A DNA stretch of 63,956 bases, filler included, from Blastocystis sp. subtype 4 (taxonomy: Eukaryota): the NCBI RefSeq assembly GCF_000743755.1. It is 3 parts of 3 records of this genome, joined end to end, with 100 filler letters (N's around TTAATTAATTAA, not from the genome) between each part and the next. Parts side by side here need not be neighbours in the genome. Positions count along the whole stretch, not along the records: positions 44,601 to 63,956 come from NW_014569337.1; 2 more parts are not named here. One strand, 5' to 3'. Positions within the stretch are counted from its first letter, which is position 1, and each line of letters starts with the position of its first letter. A program made the translations under genes and the position numbers. The notes under the pieces were generated by a model. The model was given only the letters and a program-made list of their open reading frames with translations, was not told the origin of the DNA and did no database searches. Positions 50,231 through 63,956 of this stretch are shown here, piece by piece.

Positions 50231-50432
50231 ACACAAGAATAAAGAAATGAACAACTATCAAACAAAGAATGGTGAAGTGGGGTTGTCCCCTGGGGATTGG
50301 TTGCTATTAGCGGAGATTCGAAACACTAAATCTTCGAGTTTTATCCGAAAACTACCTAGAATAACACCTTCTAGTATCAGAGATAATCATTTCTAATAAC
50401 ACTCTCGAAATAACTATAACAAACAAACTACA

Positions 50433-51569
50433 CTATACAACAATAACATCAGGATCTTCAAATCCATTGAAACGAGCCGAATAATTGCTGCATCGATATC
50501 CAACACCTTCATACTTCAGCCAATCACCGATCTGTAACTCGGGAAGAGCAAAACTATCACCCAAATTATCAATTGAATCACAAGTGGGTCCGAAAATAGT
50601 ACTTGTAAAGACTTCACGATGATCATCCAAAGACTGCTCGACACTCACAGGAACTGGAGTAAGCACCTCATCAGCAATATGAGCATTGAAGAATGAGCAG
50701 TAAACACCGTTATCAGTGTAATATAGAATACGCGACTCTGAACCATTCGTCTTATACTTCTTTCCAATGATATGAGTATATATTGTATAGGTAGGAGCAA
50801 TGAAGAAACGAGAACCATCGACCAAAATAGGAACCTTTTCTGCCAATTCCTTCAATGAAGAAAAGGATGAGAGAGATTCGGAATCAGATCGCTTGGCGAG
50901 TTCTTGAATACCTTCTCCAATAATATACACAGAATCCAAATGAACGGTAGATGTGTTGAAAAGAGAACGAATCAAAGAGATAATCGTAGCAGCCTGCTTA
51001 TACGTTGGGCACATGAAAAGAAGAGAAGACAACTAGGAATCATAAAAGAAATGATCAAATACATTAACGCCTCGCTCCTGGGCAGCAACTAAAGAATGAA
51101 CTACTTCGCTGGCAGGACATCCCGAATCGTAAACTGCATCGGTAGCTCCTACACGAAGAATAAAATGAACAGTCGGGAGAACTTTTGAGTACACTTCAGT
51201 ATCTTCCAGACTTTCAACAGCTATTGCACTAATTCCATACTTGCTGAGAGATGCAACATATTCTTCAGTTGTGTTCGAGCTCAGATCAATAACCGCCAAC
51301 TTACTTCTATCAAGGCCGTCCACAACCTGATCAAAGTAGACCTTCTCGTTGTAATAGAATGGGAAACCACAGTTCTGTAACTCCATTAAGAGTTCCTTTT
51401 GGGAAGTTGCGACAAGATCAATCATGGGCTTTACAGCACCAAACTGTCTCTTCCAAGCTTCGGCTTGCTCGGAAATCACTCTGGTATGGACAACAAAAAA
51501 ACTCTACGTATAACTCTTAAGATCCATCTCGACCTTTGTCTTGTTAGCCACAAGAGTTGCATCGCTCAT
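50433..51569 (-). CDS. Ornithine decarboxylase homolog, probable pseudoenzyme (spliced; start approximate)
   Basis: YYTDNGVYCSF, TIFGPTCDSID, LPELQIGDWL and FNGF motifs present; PLP-binding motifs degenerate. Confidence 0.8.
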
Positions 51570-52069
51570 AGTTCCAAAGACTGGGTTCGATTTCAAAGTA
51601 TTTATCTCACTTGTACCACATAATCAGTAGTATCTTGATAATCAAAGTATTTCCACAACTATCACTAAACGTGCAACTCTTCGTTTTGTTGATTTCTATG
51701 ATTTCTCATCCATTCATATCACGGATCCTAGAGGAGTACGCAACCGTACTATCAAAGAATAGAAGTACTATTACCATTTTCCGAAATAGAATGAATTGGT
51801 TTGCAATAGAATAGTAATCACGCTACTATAGGACTTATCACACAAGTACTAACAGATGATGTCGCTGAGTTTTGAAAAGTTGTTTCAAAAAGCACGAAAA
51901 GATGTTCACAAGTGCTATCCTACGGTTTCCAATGTTCCTAATTACGAAGATCGAACACACGAGATTATCGTAGAATTCCCGCGGCAACATGTCATCTTCA
52001 AATCCCGTTTCTGTGTATTGATCGTTTATTTTGTAGGATTTTTTAGTTTGCTTGAAACGGGTAGATACC

Positions 52070-53252
52070 ATGAACGGAAGAGACCAACCTACTCCTTCCT
52101 TCCCTCTGGGAATTGAACAAAACTGTGGGATGTCTTCTGAAGGATATGATCTGATAGTCATTCCTATGCAAGCGAATCCGTATTTTATTGCCTATCCACC
52201 ACAATTCGTCCAGCCTCAATGGAAGAAGTTGTTTGTGGGTCAGATTCCTAAGACAATGAATGAACAAGATGTAATTCAAATCTTTTCAGATTCATTTTTC
52301 ATTCAGAATGCATACATCATCAAAGACCGAAATACGCATGAGCACAAAGGTAAAGGAACTGGAATTTTGATAATTGAAGGTTGTGCATTCATCTTCGTGG
52401 ATCCAAGCGTATCCGATGCATTGATTGAAAAGTATCATAACAAATACAAATGTGATGGTGTAAGGAATGATAGGAGCATGTGTTACATAGATGGCCAATG
52501 CGTTGCAGGTGAAATATGCTAACACAGCTAGTCAGTATCACAAAGATCATCCATTTTCTGCTGAACCCAAAGCAAATGAGTTTGTGCCTCAGGATGCTCA
52601 AAATCCTCTTCCTATGATGCCAGTTTTTGTTATTTTGTAGTTTAATGGTAGATGTATACATTTCCATTCTATTCTTTCTATCCTTCCAACATGATGATGA
52701 ATTATCCTTCAGTTTCTTCGACTTCCGTTATTTCTGGCTATTTTTTGTATAATCATTAGATTGGATCTGAGATGGAGTCTGGAGTTCCTCGTGATTCAAC
52801 TCCTGTTCAATATTACTATCAGCCAGTTTTTAACGGAGTTCAGCCTGAAACGGGAACTGAATGTATTCAAACTGATTGTACTGAACAATAGATCCAACCC
52901 AATCCAATACGCCAATAGTACCAGAATCGAAGCCAGTGGAGAAAGCTAATTCCCATACGAATTTTTCTTCTAATAGTAACCTATTTGTATATAACTTCTC
53001 TCCTACGTTTTCAGATTCTGATTTGCTTAAGATGTTTTCACCCTTTGGAACAGTGATTAGTGCCAAAGTGAGATTTGATGAAGATGTTGAGATTAGGTAA
53101 TTCGAGATCGAACCACTGGAGCTAGTAAGGGATATGGATTTGTAAATTTTCGTGATGCAAGAGAGGCAGAGAAGGCTATTGCTGCTATGAATGGAAAGAA
53201 AGTGGATGGACGAGAATTGACTGTGCAGATAAAAAAGGTTAAGAAGCATTGA
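52070..53252 (+). CDS. CELF/Bruno-like RNA-binding protein (spliced)
   Basis: KLFVGQIPK..HKGCAF, and a C-terminal RRM SNLFVYN..PFGTVISAKV..SKGYGFV. Confidence 0.85.
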
Positions 53253-53318
53253 AGTGTTTGTTGAGAATCATAAGGAGAGTGTGTGATCATTTGATATGGT
53301 CTACTTGCATATACTATG

Positions 53319-53326
53319 AACAAACA
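53319..53326 (-). terminator. TGTTTGTT motif (TBCD)
   Basis: Starts 5 nt after the in-frame T at 53331. Confidence 0.8.
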
Positions 53327-53330
53327 ATGT

Positions 53331-56300
53331 ACTCATTTAATATTATCAGTTTAAATTCATTTGCGTTCTCACGCACATTCTCGAAAGGACTTTGTAACAG
53401 ATAGTTCAATACTTTTGATCTCATTTCTATAGGGAATCCGTCACCCACCAGATTCACCAGTTCACTCACATTTGTCATCACAACACGATTCCGCACATAC
53501 CGTGTGCACAACGATAAACATACTTCACAAAGAGTTCGATACAAGTTTGAACTCAACTCACTTGTACAACTCAAACATACAATCACTGTCTTCAAGGCTG
53601 CTATCAACTCATTTCGTTTGTTGTCAACTGACTGACATAAAATAATGATGAATTCTGGAATCACCATTTTCACTCCGATTTCAGTACTCAGAATGGAAAC
53701 GAGTTTGTGGCGAGCATAATCACTAATCACAGGAGTAATTCCACCCACAAGAAACACCAGTCCCTTGCAGAAATCATGAATAAATATAGAATTGCATAAA
53801 TTGTCGAAAACTGCGTCAATAATAGCAGTCTGCGAATAGTTGATGGGATTGGTGATCGATGGAGGAAATGCTTGAATAACCGCGGATATGAATGATGATT
53901 GTGTGAAGAGAGGATCCGCCAGAATGAACAGAGTCTCGGCAGTTCTCATTCGCACAGCTGAATTCTGTTCTGACAGGACAGAAAGTAGTGAGTGAGTGAT
54001 TATAGTAAGAAGGGAGAGAGTGGATTCATTGAGTGATTGTGAATTGGAATTCGCAAGGCATGAAATGGGTTCAATGGATTGAGACTGATCGGAAAAGATG
54101 AGATGGCCTACTGTGAATGGGAAATACGTGAGTTGAGTTGATGAGACTATTGCCATTCCTAATGAATCTTTCATAACTCTCATATGATTCAGAGAAGGAA
54201 TAGGTGATTTAACAGGAATCGAATCATCCCTCTGAGTCATAGGATGAGGAATGATTCGATAGTCCAGAACTCCTTTCAAGCAGTGCAACAGTTGTTGACA
54301 CTTCATCAAACTCCTAATTCGAATCCTTGAACCAACATCACCTTCATGAGTCACCTTATATGTAGTTAGTCCTCGTAAGATCAGCTTTAAACCTGTATTG
54401 ATCATTCCCGCGGTTATACAACAATAGTCGCACACAGATTCTATCATAGACTCCTTCTGATTCTGATTTATTTGATCATACCATGAAATATCAACATGTC
54501 CAGAACACAACTCGGAATACAATTCCATGATAGTCAGATTCGGACCTTTTTTTGGAATTACAGGAATATGATTCTCTTTCAGACAATCAATCACACTGCG
54601 AATCGCATAAGGACGATATGTATCACTTCGCAATAGTCGTGGAGGAAAATCCAGCAATTTTGGGAATTCCTTGATTATGTCAGATTTCTGGAATAACTGA
54701 ATCTTGAGTATCTTTTGATACTCAACACATGCACTGATGAATTCCAGCTTAATTTTGTAGATATCAGGTTTTAGTCCATCCTTTTCTGGAATGGCAAAAA
54801 CATAAGCAATTTTTTCCATTACCAAAATCCTCTCTTCTTCTGTAATCTTCACAGTAGCAGCGATAAATGATAGAATGAATCTGGTGAGAAGAGAGACATG
54901 GTGAAACGAACATGTCTGAAACAGAAGAGAATGAAATTCAGAATGAATGAGAGAAGGATTGATGATTGTGAAATGAGGAAGAGAAAGGAGGAGGGAGTGA
55001 ATGACAGAAGAAGCGAATGAAGAAGAGAAGAGAAGAGAATGAAGAAGAGATTGAGTGAAGTCTTGTAGAGAAGGAAGTAGAGAGAGAGATGGGAGAGAAT
55101 ATGAGAATCTGGAGAAGGTGAGTGAGAGTAAGATGGAATGAATGAGTGAATGAGTGGATAAGATGAATGAGAGTGAGTTGCATGAGAATGAATGAGATGA
55201 TTGAATGAGACTACATGAGAATGAGAGAGTGAATGATAGCATAAACAACACTTCACTTACATCATAGTCAGTCCTATCACATTACGATCATTCACATACT
55301 CATTAAACTGATCCTTCTCAATTCCCCATACATTCCTTCCAATTCCTTCTTGTACCACAGCAGCAGCAGCTCTCCGAGTATTAACGACTTCATCAGTAAG
55401 GGTGATACGTAATAACAAATGAAGTGATTCAAATGAGATTAAAGAACGTAAGAATGAAGGAGAATAATAATGAATCAAACACCATAATGAATAACAGAAT
55501 GATTCACATACAGAAGAATTCTCTCTGAATCATTAGGTTTTATCATCATTCTCACTTATCATACTCATTTCTTAACAAATCTTTAATGAATTCAATCTCC
55601 TTCTTTAACCAATCATTCAGCTCTTTTTCTGTTAAGCCTTTCTCTCGTAACAAACATGCTAACAGAGTAAACATACTCTTAGCATCCTGACGAGAAAGAT
55701 AAGAATTCAAAATTGAAGTGATATAACCTTCAATTTATACAAAACAATACATATACTCATTATCGACTCTCTTTCTGTTATGGTCAAAATCGAGATGATT
55801 TTTGCAGTATATGAAATTGCCTTTATTTGGATATTCAGAGACTGAATTATGATAGTATTTGAATACATACATCATTCAAACAATCATTCATTAGCACTTC
55901 ACATGCTTTTGAAATGATATCTTGTGTTTCTTCATTACACATACATTCCCTCCATTTCTGCATTAATTCCACATCCTTCTCCCTCACATACATTTTTGTT
56001 CTATGAATAATTAGGAACATATTAAACAACATAGCATCGATTCCATTCGAAGTATAACTCAAATTAACACATTTCGAGCAAATCCGGAAGAACAGCTTCA
56101 GCATTAATATATGTAACCTAAAACTAATTTGAACACTATCTGAAGTTAGCAGATCCGTTACTGGAGCCACATATTTCCAACAATCGACAAACAAGTCATT
56201 ATCTACATATTCTGCAAATTCATTCACAAATAGAAATAGATTGATGGCTTTTTGCTCTTTACCATCCGTTAACTCGCCAACCACCGTTTCTACACTCGAT

Positions 56301-56987
56301 TCCAAGAAGGCAATCATCAATGCTTTTGGATAGAATTGACGACTTAGTAGAATGGAAAGGAAGTGAGCAGCCACTTCACCAACAGGATCTAGATTTTGTA
56401 TGCAAGATTGAGCTGCATTGGTGAGAGAATTCATCAACTCAATATGAGCAGACTCGGATTCATCAAACTGATATGGATTCAGAAACACAAGCGACACCCA
56501 GTAGAACAGGATGAAACGAACTTTCCAGGGTGATTCTGTATTTGTCGATTCAATAAGTACATGAGTTAACGGATAGAAAAGACTTAGGTCATTCGAGAAG
56601 AACACGCCTGCATACTTCTTTCCACGTATACGGACAACGGAATACAAAATATTACAAAGAAAATCGAAACTACGATCTTGAGAGGGATCAAGAAGGGATG
56701 TCTATGCAATTACCATAAAATCATTCTTTTGACCTTCAGTTCTTCCATAATCTGCGGCATGTAGGGCTTTAGAAGACTATCCAACAAGAATGGCTTCGGA
56801 AGATATACAGCAATCTAATATTTTATTAGTAGCAATAATAGTTAACAGTCTGATCAAATGTGGATTCAATACGTTCAAGGAGTTGAACATCACTGTTTCG
56901 AGCTCCTTCCACAACATTCTTTAACAGATTCTCCAACGCTGACTCATCCTTAGTCACAACAACGAGATGTTCAACTCGTGCTGACAT
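53331..56987 (-). CDS. TBCD: Tubulin-specific chaperone D (spliced; stop predicted from poly(A))
   Basis: PFLLDSLL, RIRGKKYAGVFF, DEVVNTRRAAAAVVQEGIGR, GDVGSRIR. Confidence 0.8.
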
Positions 56988-57014
56988 TTCTATCTTCAAC
57001 AAACAACACACATC

Positions 57015-59671
57015 TTATTTCCGAAACTGTTGAAATTGTTTCTCTAATGCTGCAGCACGAGCTGCTCGTGACGCAAAACAAATGTCATTCTCACTTTTCG
57101 CTTCTTCTTTCATTGGACTCTTTCGCTCCACTAATGGAGTAAAAGGTATCGACTGTTTGGTAGAAATAGTACTTGTCAACATACTTCGTGTCAATTCCGA
57201 ATTGATCACATGAGGTCTTTCTCGGATCCCTGCAGTTTCTAGTGTATTGAAGTTGAATCGATTCGACTGTGAGCCATCTGCATTCTCATTCTGAATCAAA
57301 TTCTCTTGAACTGCATCCTTCGATAAATCTAGTTTTGCTTGCGAATGAGCGTGAACTGCCAATCCCACAGTAAAACAATTCCCTGCATCCATATGAATGA
57401 ATGTCTCATCTTCATTCATTTCAATCTCAATGGGATCGAATCTTGGAGTATTTGTGGAATCACCTAATTCCCCACAATAATTAGTTCCCCAAGCAAATGC
57501 ACGTCCTGTAATAGTCGAGAAAGCGATACAGTGTGAAATACCACAAACCACATCGGTGATGTGATGCGCTGTTAATGATGGGAGAAGAACAGGACACTAA
57601 TTCAAAAGAACCATTTACCGCCTACTGCTGGCTTCGTATCTTCCGGTTGGGCTTTCATCCAATAGACTTCGCGTTTCCCGCGGGAATGGGTCAAAAACTG
57701 AAATTGAGTCAAATATAACGATCCTACAACAGCAAAACGAGATCCAGCAGCAATTTTTTCTACATTCTCAAGTGCAAGAAGATGAGGAGAAAGATACTGT
57801 TCATTCATGGGAAGACCTGAATCTTCGTGAATTTCGAGTTGTCCTGTGGATAGGACAGTATGGCGATCCGTCAGAAAGAGTGAGAAGGATTCTCCAGCGG
57901 CGATATCAATGATTGTATGATTGAGAAGAGATTGAATGATGATGGGTGAAAACTGGAAATGAGAAAATAAAAAGTATTTTGCACATAATCAACTGAATGA
58001 ACAAGTCCAAGTTGACCATAGTATCCATTTCCACAAGCATACACACAACCTGAAGAAGAGAGAAAAAGAGAATGAGACTGTCCACAAGCAATCTAGTGGA
58101 GACGGAACACACATGTCCCCTACCTTCTGAATGTCACGATGGCAAATCTTCTGGAGGAGAGTTGGCTGGTCACATTGTTCACATTCTAATCCCATTCCTA
58201 ATTGGCCATAGATTCCATTACCCCACATCCACACTCCTCCTTCTCCATCTACAAGACCACTGTGACTACCTCCACAGGATACACTACGACAAGGGAGAGC
58301 TATTGATAGAATAGCAAACGGAGCTTCACCAGAGAGTGTGGTGGTACTTCCTAACTGACCTTTCTGATTGTCGCCCCAAGTGAATACAGTACCACTGTCA
58401 CACACACACACAACATGACTGCTGCCTGTTGCAATCCAGCGTGGTGAAACGAGAGGAAGAGAAATTGGCTGATACACACAAGATTCCGACATTTGAAAAT
58501 TCACTTGTCCTGAAGTATTGATTCCCCAAGCATATAGAGTCAATTCCCGCGGTTTACCGATTGAACTAACAGAGAGCTCAGAATCCATCTGGAATTGAGG
58601 AATCTCCCTAGGATGAGAACAAGTTGATAGTGGAGGAGAAACAGGTTCGTCATCCGAATTGCTATCGATAGCTTCTGGTTTGGTAAGAGTGGAAGGAAGG
58701 GTATGACGTTGTGCGGAGAGGAAATCAATTGGATTCGTTTCTTTCTAATTATGAGAAGAAGTCTTAAAAACAACAAGATCACTGACTAATGACATTCCAC
58801 GAGAAGAAGCTCCCTTCAATTCTATCAACCAACTAGAAACTGTTGCCGAATCAGCAAAACGAAATTCATACTTCAAATGAAACACAGAACAGATACCTAC
58901 AATTCTATGGGTAGATATGGAAATGACTGTTTCAGACTTTTGAGAAATCAGAGCATTTGTTAGATCAATAACGTTGAGAGGAAAGTTGGCCGATCCACGA
59001 CACTTACTGATTGGATGACGAAATACAAGTAGTCGACATCCAACAATCATCAGATAACGATTTGCCCAAATTCGACGACCTTGCTTTTCACTAATCCCAT
59101 CTTTGAAACTAGAATAAACAAGAAGTGCAACTTGTACACTGAAAAATACCAGTTCGTAATAAATATGTCCCGATTTCGGAGTAAACCTACAAATCAACAG
59201 AATCTGGATTATTAAACAATTCAATGCATTCACAATGATGGAACAAGTACGTCCATTGATAGCATTCAAATGCTGAGGAAGATTTGTACTAAACAATAAA
59301 CTCATTCGGTTCTCCTACTTTTTGTAGTAGATAGTTAGCAACTCAGGCTTGCAAACATTCTGAACAAATCCACAGATTTGGCTGAGCGGAACCGATTGAA
59401 TCTACAGTACATCAACTCCCTATTGATACAGGCACTCCCTTCTCGCATCGATTCAAAACAGTGCCGTCATTTACAGTGAGTGTTATCTACACTTGACACA
59501 AAACTGAACACTCACATCCACTTGACTAGCATCAGATAATACACCAAACGAAATGAAGTTGCTGAGACCTACGTCTGTGAGCATTTCAAGGGAATAAGTA
59601 ACCCATTGTTCAGTTGATTCGCTCAAAGTCACGTGATGAGAGTGGATGACCAAACATCGAAAAACAAACAT
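57015..59671 (-). CDS. PH + RCC1-repeat protein (spliced)
   Basis: GISEKQGRRIWANRY..LLVF PH domain; FTWGDNQKGQLG and WMWGNGIYGQLG RCC1 repeats. Confidence 0.75.
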
Positions 59672-59704
59672 AGAGGCAACTAAGCAAAACAAAAATTATA
59701 CTTC

Positions 59705-60413
59705 ACTAAGAGCACAACTACCGATGATCAACTCCTTTCACACACACACCTTACAGAAGATTCTTTACGGCTCGTGCACAACCGTGACCGCAACATTCGA
59801 TGACGCTTCACTCGATAACAGATTTTGTTATCTAGTACCTTCAATTCTTTGTAGTCGACCTTCTCGCCCAATTTGGAAGCAACTGCAAACTGTTTCCTCA
59901 GCATTGCTCGCTTTTTGCGCAACTGACGAATATCACTTTCTAAATGACGCAGCTTGATTTCTTCTTCACTCAGATATTCTTCTTCTTTAAAGTTGTGATC
60001 ATGCATGTGATATTCAGTACACACATAATCTACAGTGAATACACATCCACTAAATTACCTATCCGACCTCGACGAGTAAATAGGATGGAAAAAGGACATC
60101 TATTCCCCTTATTACAGACACCACGTATGTAATCTCCATGAGAACGAACACTTAGACAACTGGATCCTCTATCGAGATAGTGAAGATATTTACAGACTGA
60201 AGGACGATCTGTAAAGCATATCCTATCCTTCACTTCAAAAAACGTATCAAGAGAACAAGCATCATGTAAACATTGTAGCAGTTCGCTTAAGGACTCTTCC
60301 ATCAGTTCAAATATCCACTACATACTCACTCCCTGTATCCGAAAGTTGATGTCGGCGAAATTGTTTTGTAGGAGTCGCTCTACTTCTTCTTTCTCCTTGA
60401 CCGATTCAGCCAT
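59705..60413 (-). CDS. Hypothetical protein with a C..CPF..HDH putative zinc motif and a coiled coil (spliced)
   Basis: VCNKGNRCPFSILF..HMHDH followed by a basic coiled coil; 3' end uncertain. Confidence 0.5.
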
Positions 60414-60509
60414 GACTCCTTTGTATGTATGGAGAAGGCGATAGTGACAAAAACACGACTTATTTTCGATCTCAAAATACAGGCGATATTCACTGTTTGC
60501 AGAAAGAAG

Positions 60510-63414
60510 ATGAAGCGTTTTGGTTTATGTGGACAATTGATTGGTCATCGAGATGCAGTAAAATGAAAATGGAATCACTTAGTACTAGGTGAGATGTTGC
60601 GTGTTTTTAGATAATACTGCATCTCAATACTTTGCTGCAACGGGAGGTCAAGTAGAATGTAGTTTTATACTATTAGCTTGTAGGATAATTCGATTATGCT
60701 TTGGAAACGTGCGGCTGATGGATTTGAAGCGAAGACTATACACCACAGTTGTTGGATTACATGTCTCTTAGCATTAAAAGGAGGTATATATGAAGACACT
60801 ATGTGATTGGAAGGTGGCTTCGTTTCTGGTGGATATGATGGTGTAATTCGTATATATAACAAGGAAGGCGAGATTATAACGGATCTTTCAGGTCATTCTT
60901 CGGGGATCACTTCTCTCTCTCATGGTCCGAATCATACTATTATCTCTGGTTCTTGGGATGGCTCGTTTCGAGTAGACTTAGTCATCCCTTTTTATTTAGA
61001 TTTGGTCATTGGATTTTGTTACTGAGATTGAGAAGCATATGGGATTAGAGAATTCTGTATCGGCTATTGCTCTAACTGAAAATCGATTCGTTGCAACCTC
61101 TTCAGGTCTACAAATCGATAATACTGTGACTGCTTACGCAGTTCGTATTTATGATCACGGTGAGTGTATAAAACGTTTCAGTTGTCATTATGCTAGTATT
61201 CGTTGTTCTGCTGTTTGCAATCGAGGTAGGATGCTGAGATGGGTCCTTATCAACCAGTTCCTCAGGAGGATAACTTGCAGTATCCCGATCAAGTCATTGG
61301 ATTTGTTACAGGTGCAAATGACGGAAAACTGGCTGCTTATGATATTGATGGAAATCCACTCTACTTCTGCGAAACTCCTCCAAATGTAGAATTTGCTATC
61401 TGGTTTGATACTAGGCTGAAGAAAAATATCCGTTTATTCTTCGTGTGAAGTCCATTGGAAGTGATTGGCATTTAAGTTGTTCGGATGATGATTGTATGAG
61501 AATATGGCAGAGAGCAGATCTATTTCAGGAGATCAAACATCCGAATTGTGTTTGGGATGTTGATTTCAAAGGTATTTTCGGAGATGAGAAAAATGGAAGT
61601 AATTTTGGAAATAGTCAAAATAGACACTATTATTTATTAACAGCCTGTGGTGATGGAGTGAGTGAAGAAGAAGTATATGATCGATAGACTGTTCGAATAT
61701 GGAGTGATGATGAACTGGATTTGGTGACTGAGAGCGAACGAGTGATGGATTGAATGAATGAATGATAAATAGAAGGATTATGAGAGATTGTGTAGTTCTC
61801 GAGAATCACGGATTGGTGAGTGAGTGAGAATGATGAATTTGAGTCTAGAGGATCAAGTGTGGATGTGAGTACTCTGCCTACTTATGAGAATCGATTTGAA
61901 TATACAGGTTAGAGAGGAATGAGAGATATGAGAGATAGGAAAGAAGGATGGAGAGATTCGATTGTTTCAGAAGCAGGGTATGGGATATGCCTATCGATGG
62001 AGTGTGAGGATGAGAGATGAGAATCAGAGATAGATGGAAAGTGGAACATGGATTGAGATTGGACAGGTGATGGGAGAGAAACCTGTGGTAGGTTCATGAG
62101 TGTATTGCCATGATCATAGTCACTTCCTATCGAGATTGAGACTCCATCAGGCATCCAGACTCTCACGCTCGAGTATCTTCCAACCCAGAATCCCTATGAG
62201 GTGGCTCAAGATTTCATTGATAAACATCAAGTCCGTTTTTGGAATTCCTATTATTGTAGCTAAATCAGGATTATCTTGATGAGATTGCTCAGTACATCTT
62301 ACGGAACCGCGGAACACGTACACAAACTATACAGAGCAATGGCTCGACATTGGAAGGATTTTCGCCAAAATGTAGGAATCCAATATGATACCGATTTCTA
62401 GTATTTCCAGATAATCAGTTGATTATGCATACGAAATTAAACAAAAATGGAATTGTCAAAAAACTGACCGAATTCAATGTATCACTTCAGAACACTTCTT
62501 CTCGTGTATTCACTGATGAGGAGATTCTTGCTATTTCTGCTCTTGTAGACAGAATTTCAGAATTCCAGAATACCGGCGGATTATTGTCGGATCAAGAATT
62601 AGGATTGTTGATGGAGTTGATGAGTTGGCCTAATGATGTTTTGTTCCCTGTTTTGGACATTGTCAAAAACGCTCTGTTTTTTGGCAATGGTTATTTGTTG
62701 CTAACTGAGAATCCGAATTTTGATTTGACACTATTTATAGACTCTGTTCAGTAGGAATAGCTTGCTTTTGGTTATCATAGTGTGGGTGAAACTCCTTCAT
62801 CATTACTCATTGTTCTTTATCGACTCCTTACGAATGTCTTCTGTGATCAAAACTGTCGTTTCATCATAAATCAAGCAAGGATTCCTGTTATTCATCACTT
62901 CTAGTTACCGCAAATCTTTGCATTAACCAAAGTGGTGACTATCCTCCAGGAAAAGCCTCTTCAGCAAGCAATCGCATCCTTTTTACAAAATGCATCGGTT
63001 GTCTGTTCGCAAGTACTGTATCTATAGTCTCTCTGAATCTAGCTAAAAAAGGAGCATGTTGCAACCCAAGAAATTGGAACTGTCTTTGATAACATTACTG
63101 CAGTGAGTTGCGATTTACTACGGATTCCTGTAGATGAAGTATGATTTGTTGATGTTGAATATTTGAAGACTACCGAATTGCGGGTACTTACTGCTTTGGG
63201 AAATTGTATCTTTGAGAATGAACGAGTATGGATAGAGAGAGCAATTGACGGAATAGTCTGTTGAAGTGGTAGATGAAGTGACTATAAGTGTATTAACACA
63301 AGGGACAGGAAGTAGGAAATGAGATATGTCGTTATCATGATAGATGCTGTATCAAGTGCAAAGAAGCGAGAAGTGTTCGAGATGATCAAGCATGTGAAAA
63401 GAAACCGGTTTTAA
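60510..63414 (+). CDS. PLAA: PLAA/Doa1 (WD40-PFU-PUL; spliced)
   Basis: IISGSWDG, HPNCVWDV, PFU motif QNPYEVAQDFI..YLDEIAQYI, PUL motif GIVKKLTEFN..WPNDVLFPVLDI. Confidence 0.9.
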
Positions 63415-63552
63415 CTACCTTTTTGTGAATGTTTGTATTTGAATTTCGTCTTTACCTAATATTCCATATTCTTCGATACATAGAGTCGAGAAGTCAGTTC
63501 GAAAAATTCCCGTGGAATCTACTGAGTAAAATTATTTCAGTTAGAATCGAAT

Positions 63553-63956
63553 ATGGGTTGGAGCTTATTTGGATCTAAGAAGGATTCTTCAGAAAGTACG
63601 AAGCAAAAGGAAAAGGAACAAGAGAATCAGATAACGGAGTCGGAAGAGAAGTCTACAAAGGCTATGTCGACTATTCAAAGCACTATTGCAGACTTGAACA
63701 CGAAGTAAATGCTATAATGTCACTGTATTGTAGAATTGCTCATGTATCTAAGAAGATTGAAGAAGATACGAAAGCTGCAAAAGCATTACGTGAACAAGGA
63801 AAGGGAACCGAAGATCCAAGTATAGTTAGTTTGTTGTTTTGAAGTATAGCACTAAAAGCTCTTCTTGTTCGTATTCGTGATAACAAGGCTAAGATTACTA
63901 AGTATCAAGGAGTCATTACTCAACAAGAACAGGCATTGGGTTCTGTAGAAGATGCT
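63553..63956 (+). CDS. ESCRT-III Snf7-family protein (partial)
   Basis: MGWSLFG N-terminus and a basic helical hairpin (IAHVSKKIEED..ALKALL..QEQALGSVEDA). Confidence 0.65.

Noticed and set aside
51033..51035. In-frame TAG between the two ODC-like ORFs, suggesting readthrough or recoding
   Set aside because: It is the acceptor of a 30-nt GT-AG intron (GTATTTG...CCTAG)

Overview
Eukaryotic, gene-dense, AT-rich nuclear DNA with many ~30-nt GT-AG introns and very short intergenic spacers, most consistent with Blastocystis (inferred from intron size, a TGTTTGTT 3'-processing motif and the repeat gene families). Two artificial 100-nt linkers (N44-TTAATTAATTAA-N44, at 22241-22340 and 44501-44600) join three contigs. 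The window holds about 25 housekeeping genes, including a cullin-like protein, PH-RCC1-TBC, Pin4-like, HIRA, an OSR1-like kinase, RME-8-like, an SDR, condensin CAP-D2 and CAP-G, SSUH2, Myb, TPR-DnaJ, TFIIH p62, a GNAT, DIM1, Mob1, ODC-like, CELF, TBCD, PLAA and Snf7. It also contains a U11 snRNA gene and degenerate MORN/LRR repeat-family copies. Highlights: eight genes appear to get their stop codon from poly(A) addition, in one case creating a CaaX box; back-to-back 3' signals sit between convergent genes; the U11 gene co-occurs with a candidate U12-type intron; a ~280-bp inverted repeat encodes a Polinton/virophage penton-like fragment; the two condensin I HEAT subunit genes are adjacent; RME-8 lacks its J domain; and the ODC homolog looks catalytically dead. 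Spliced gene boundaries were worked out by eye and are approximate. Family assignments come from recalled motifs, not database searches.
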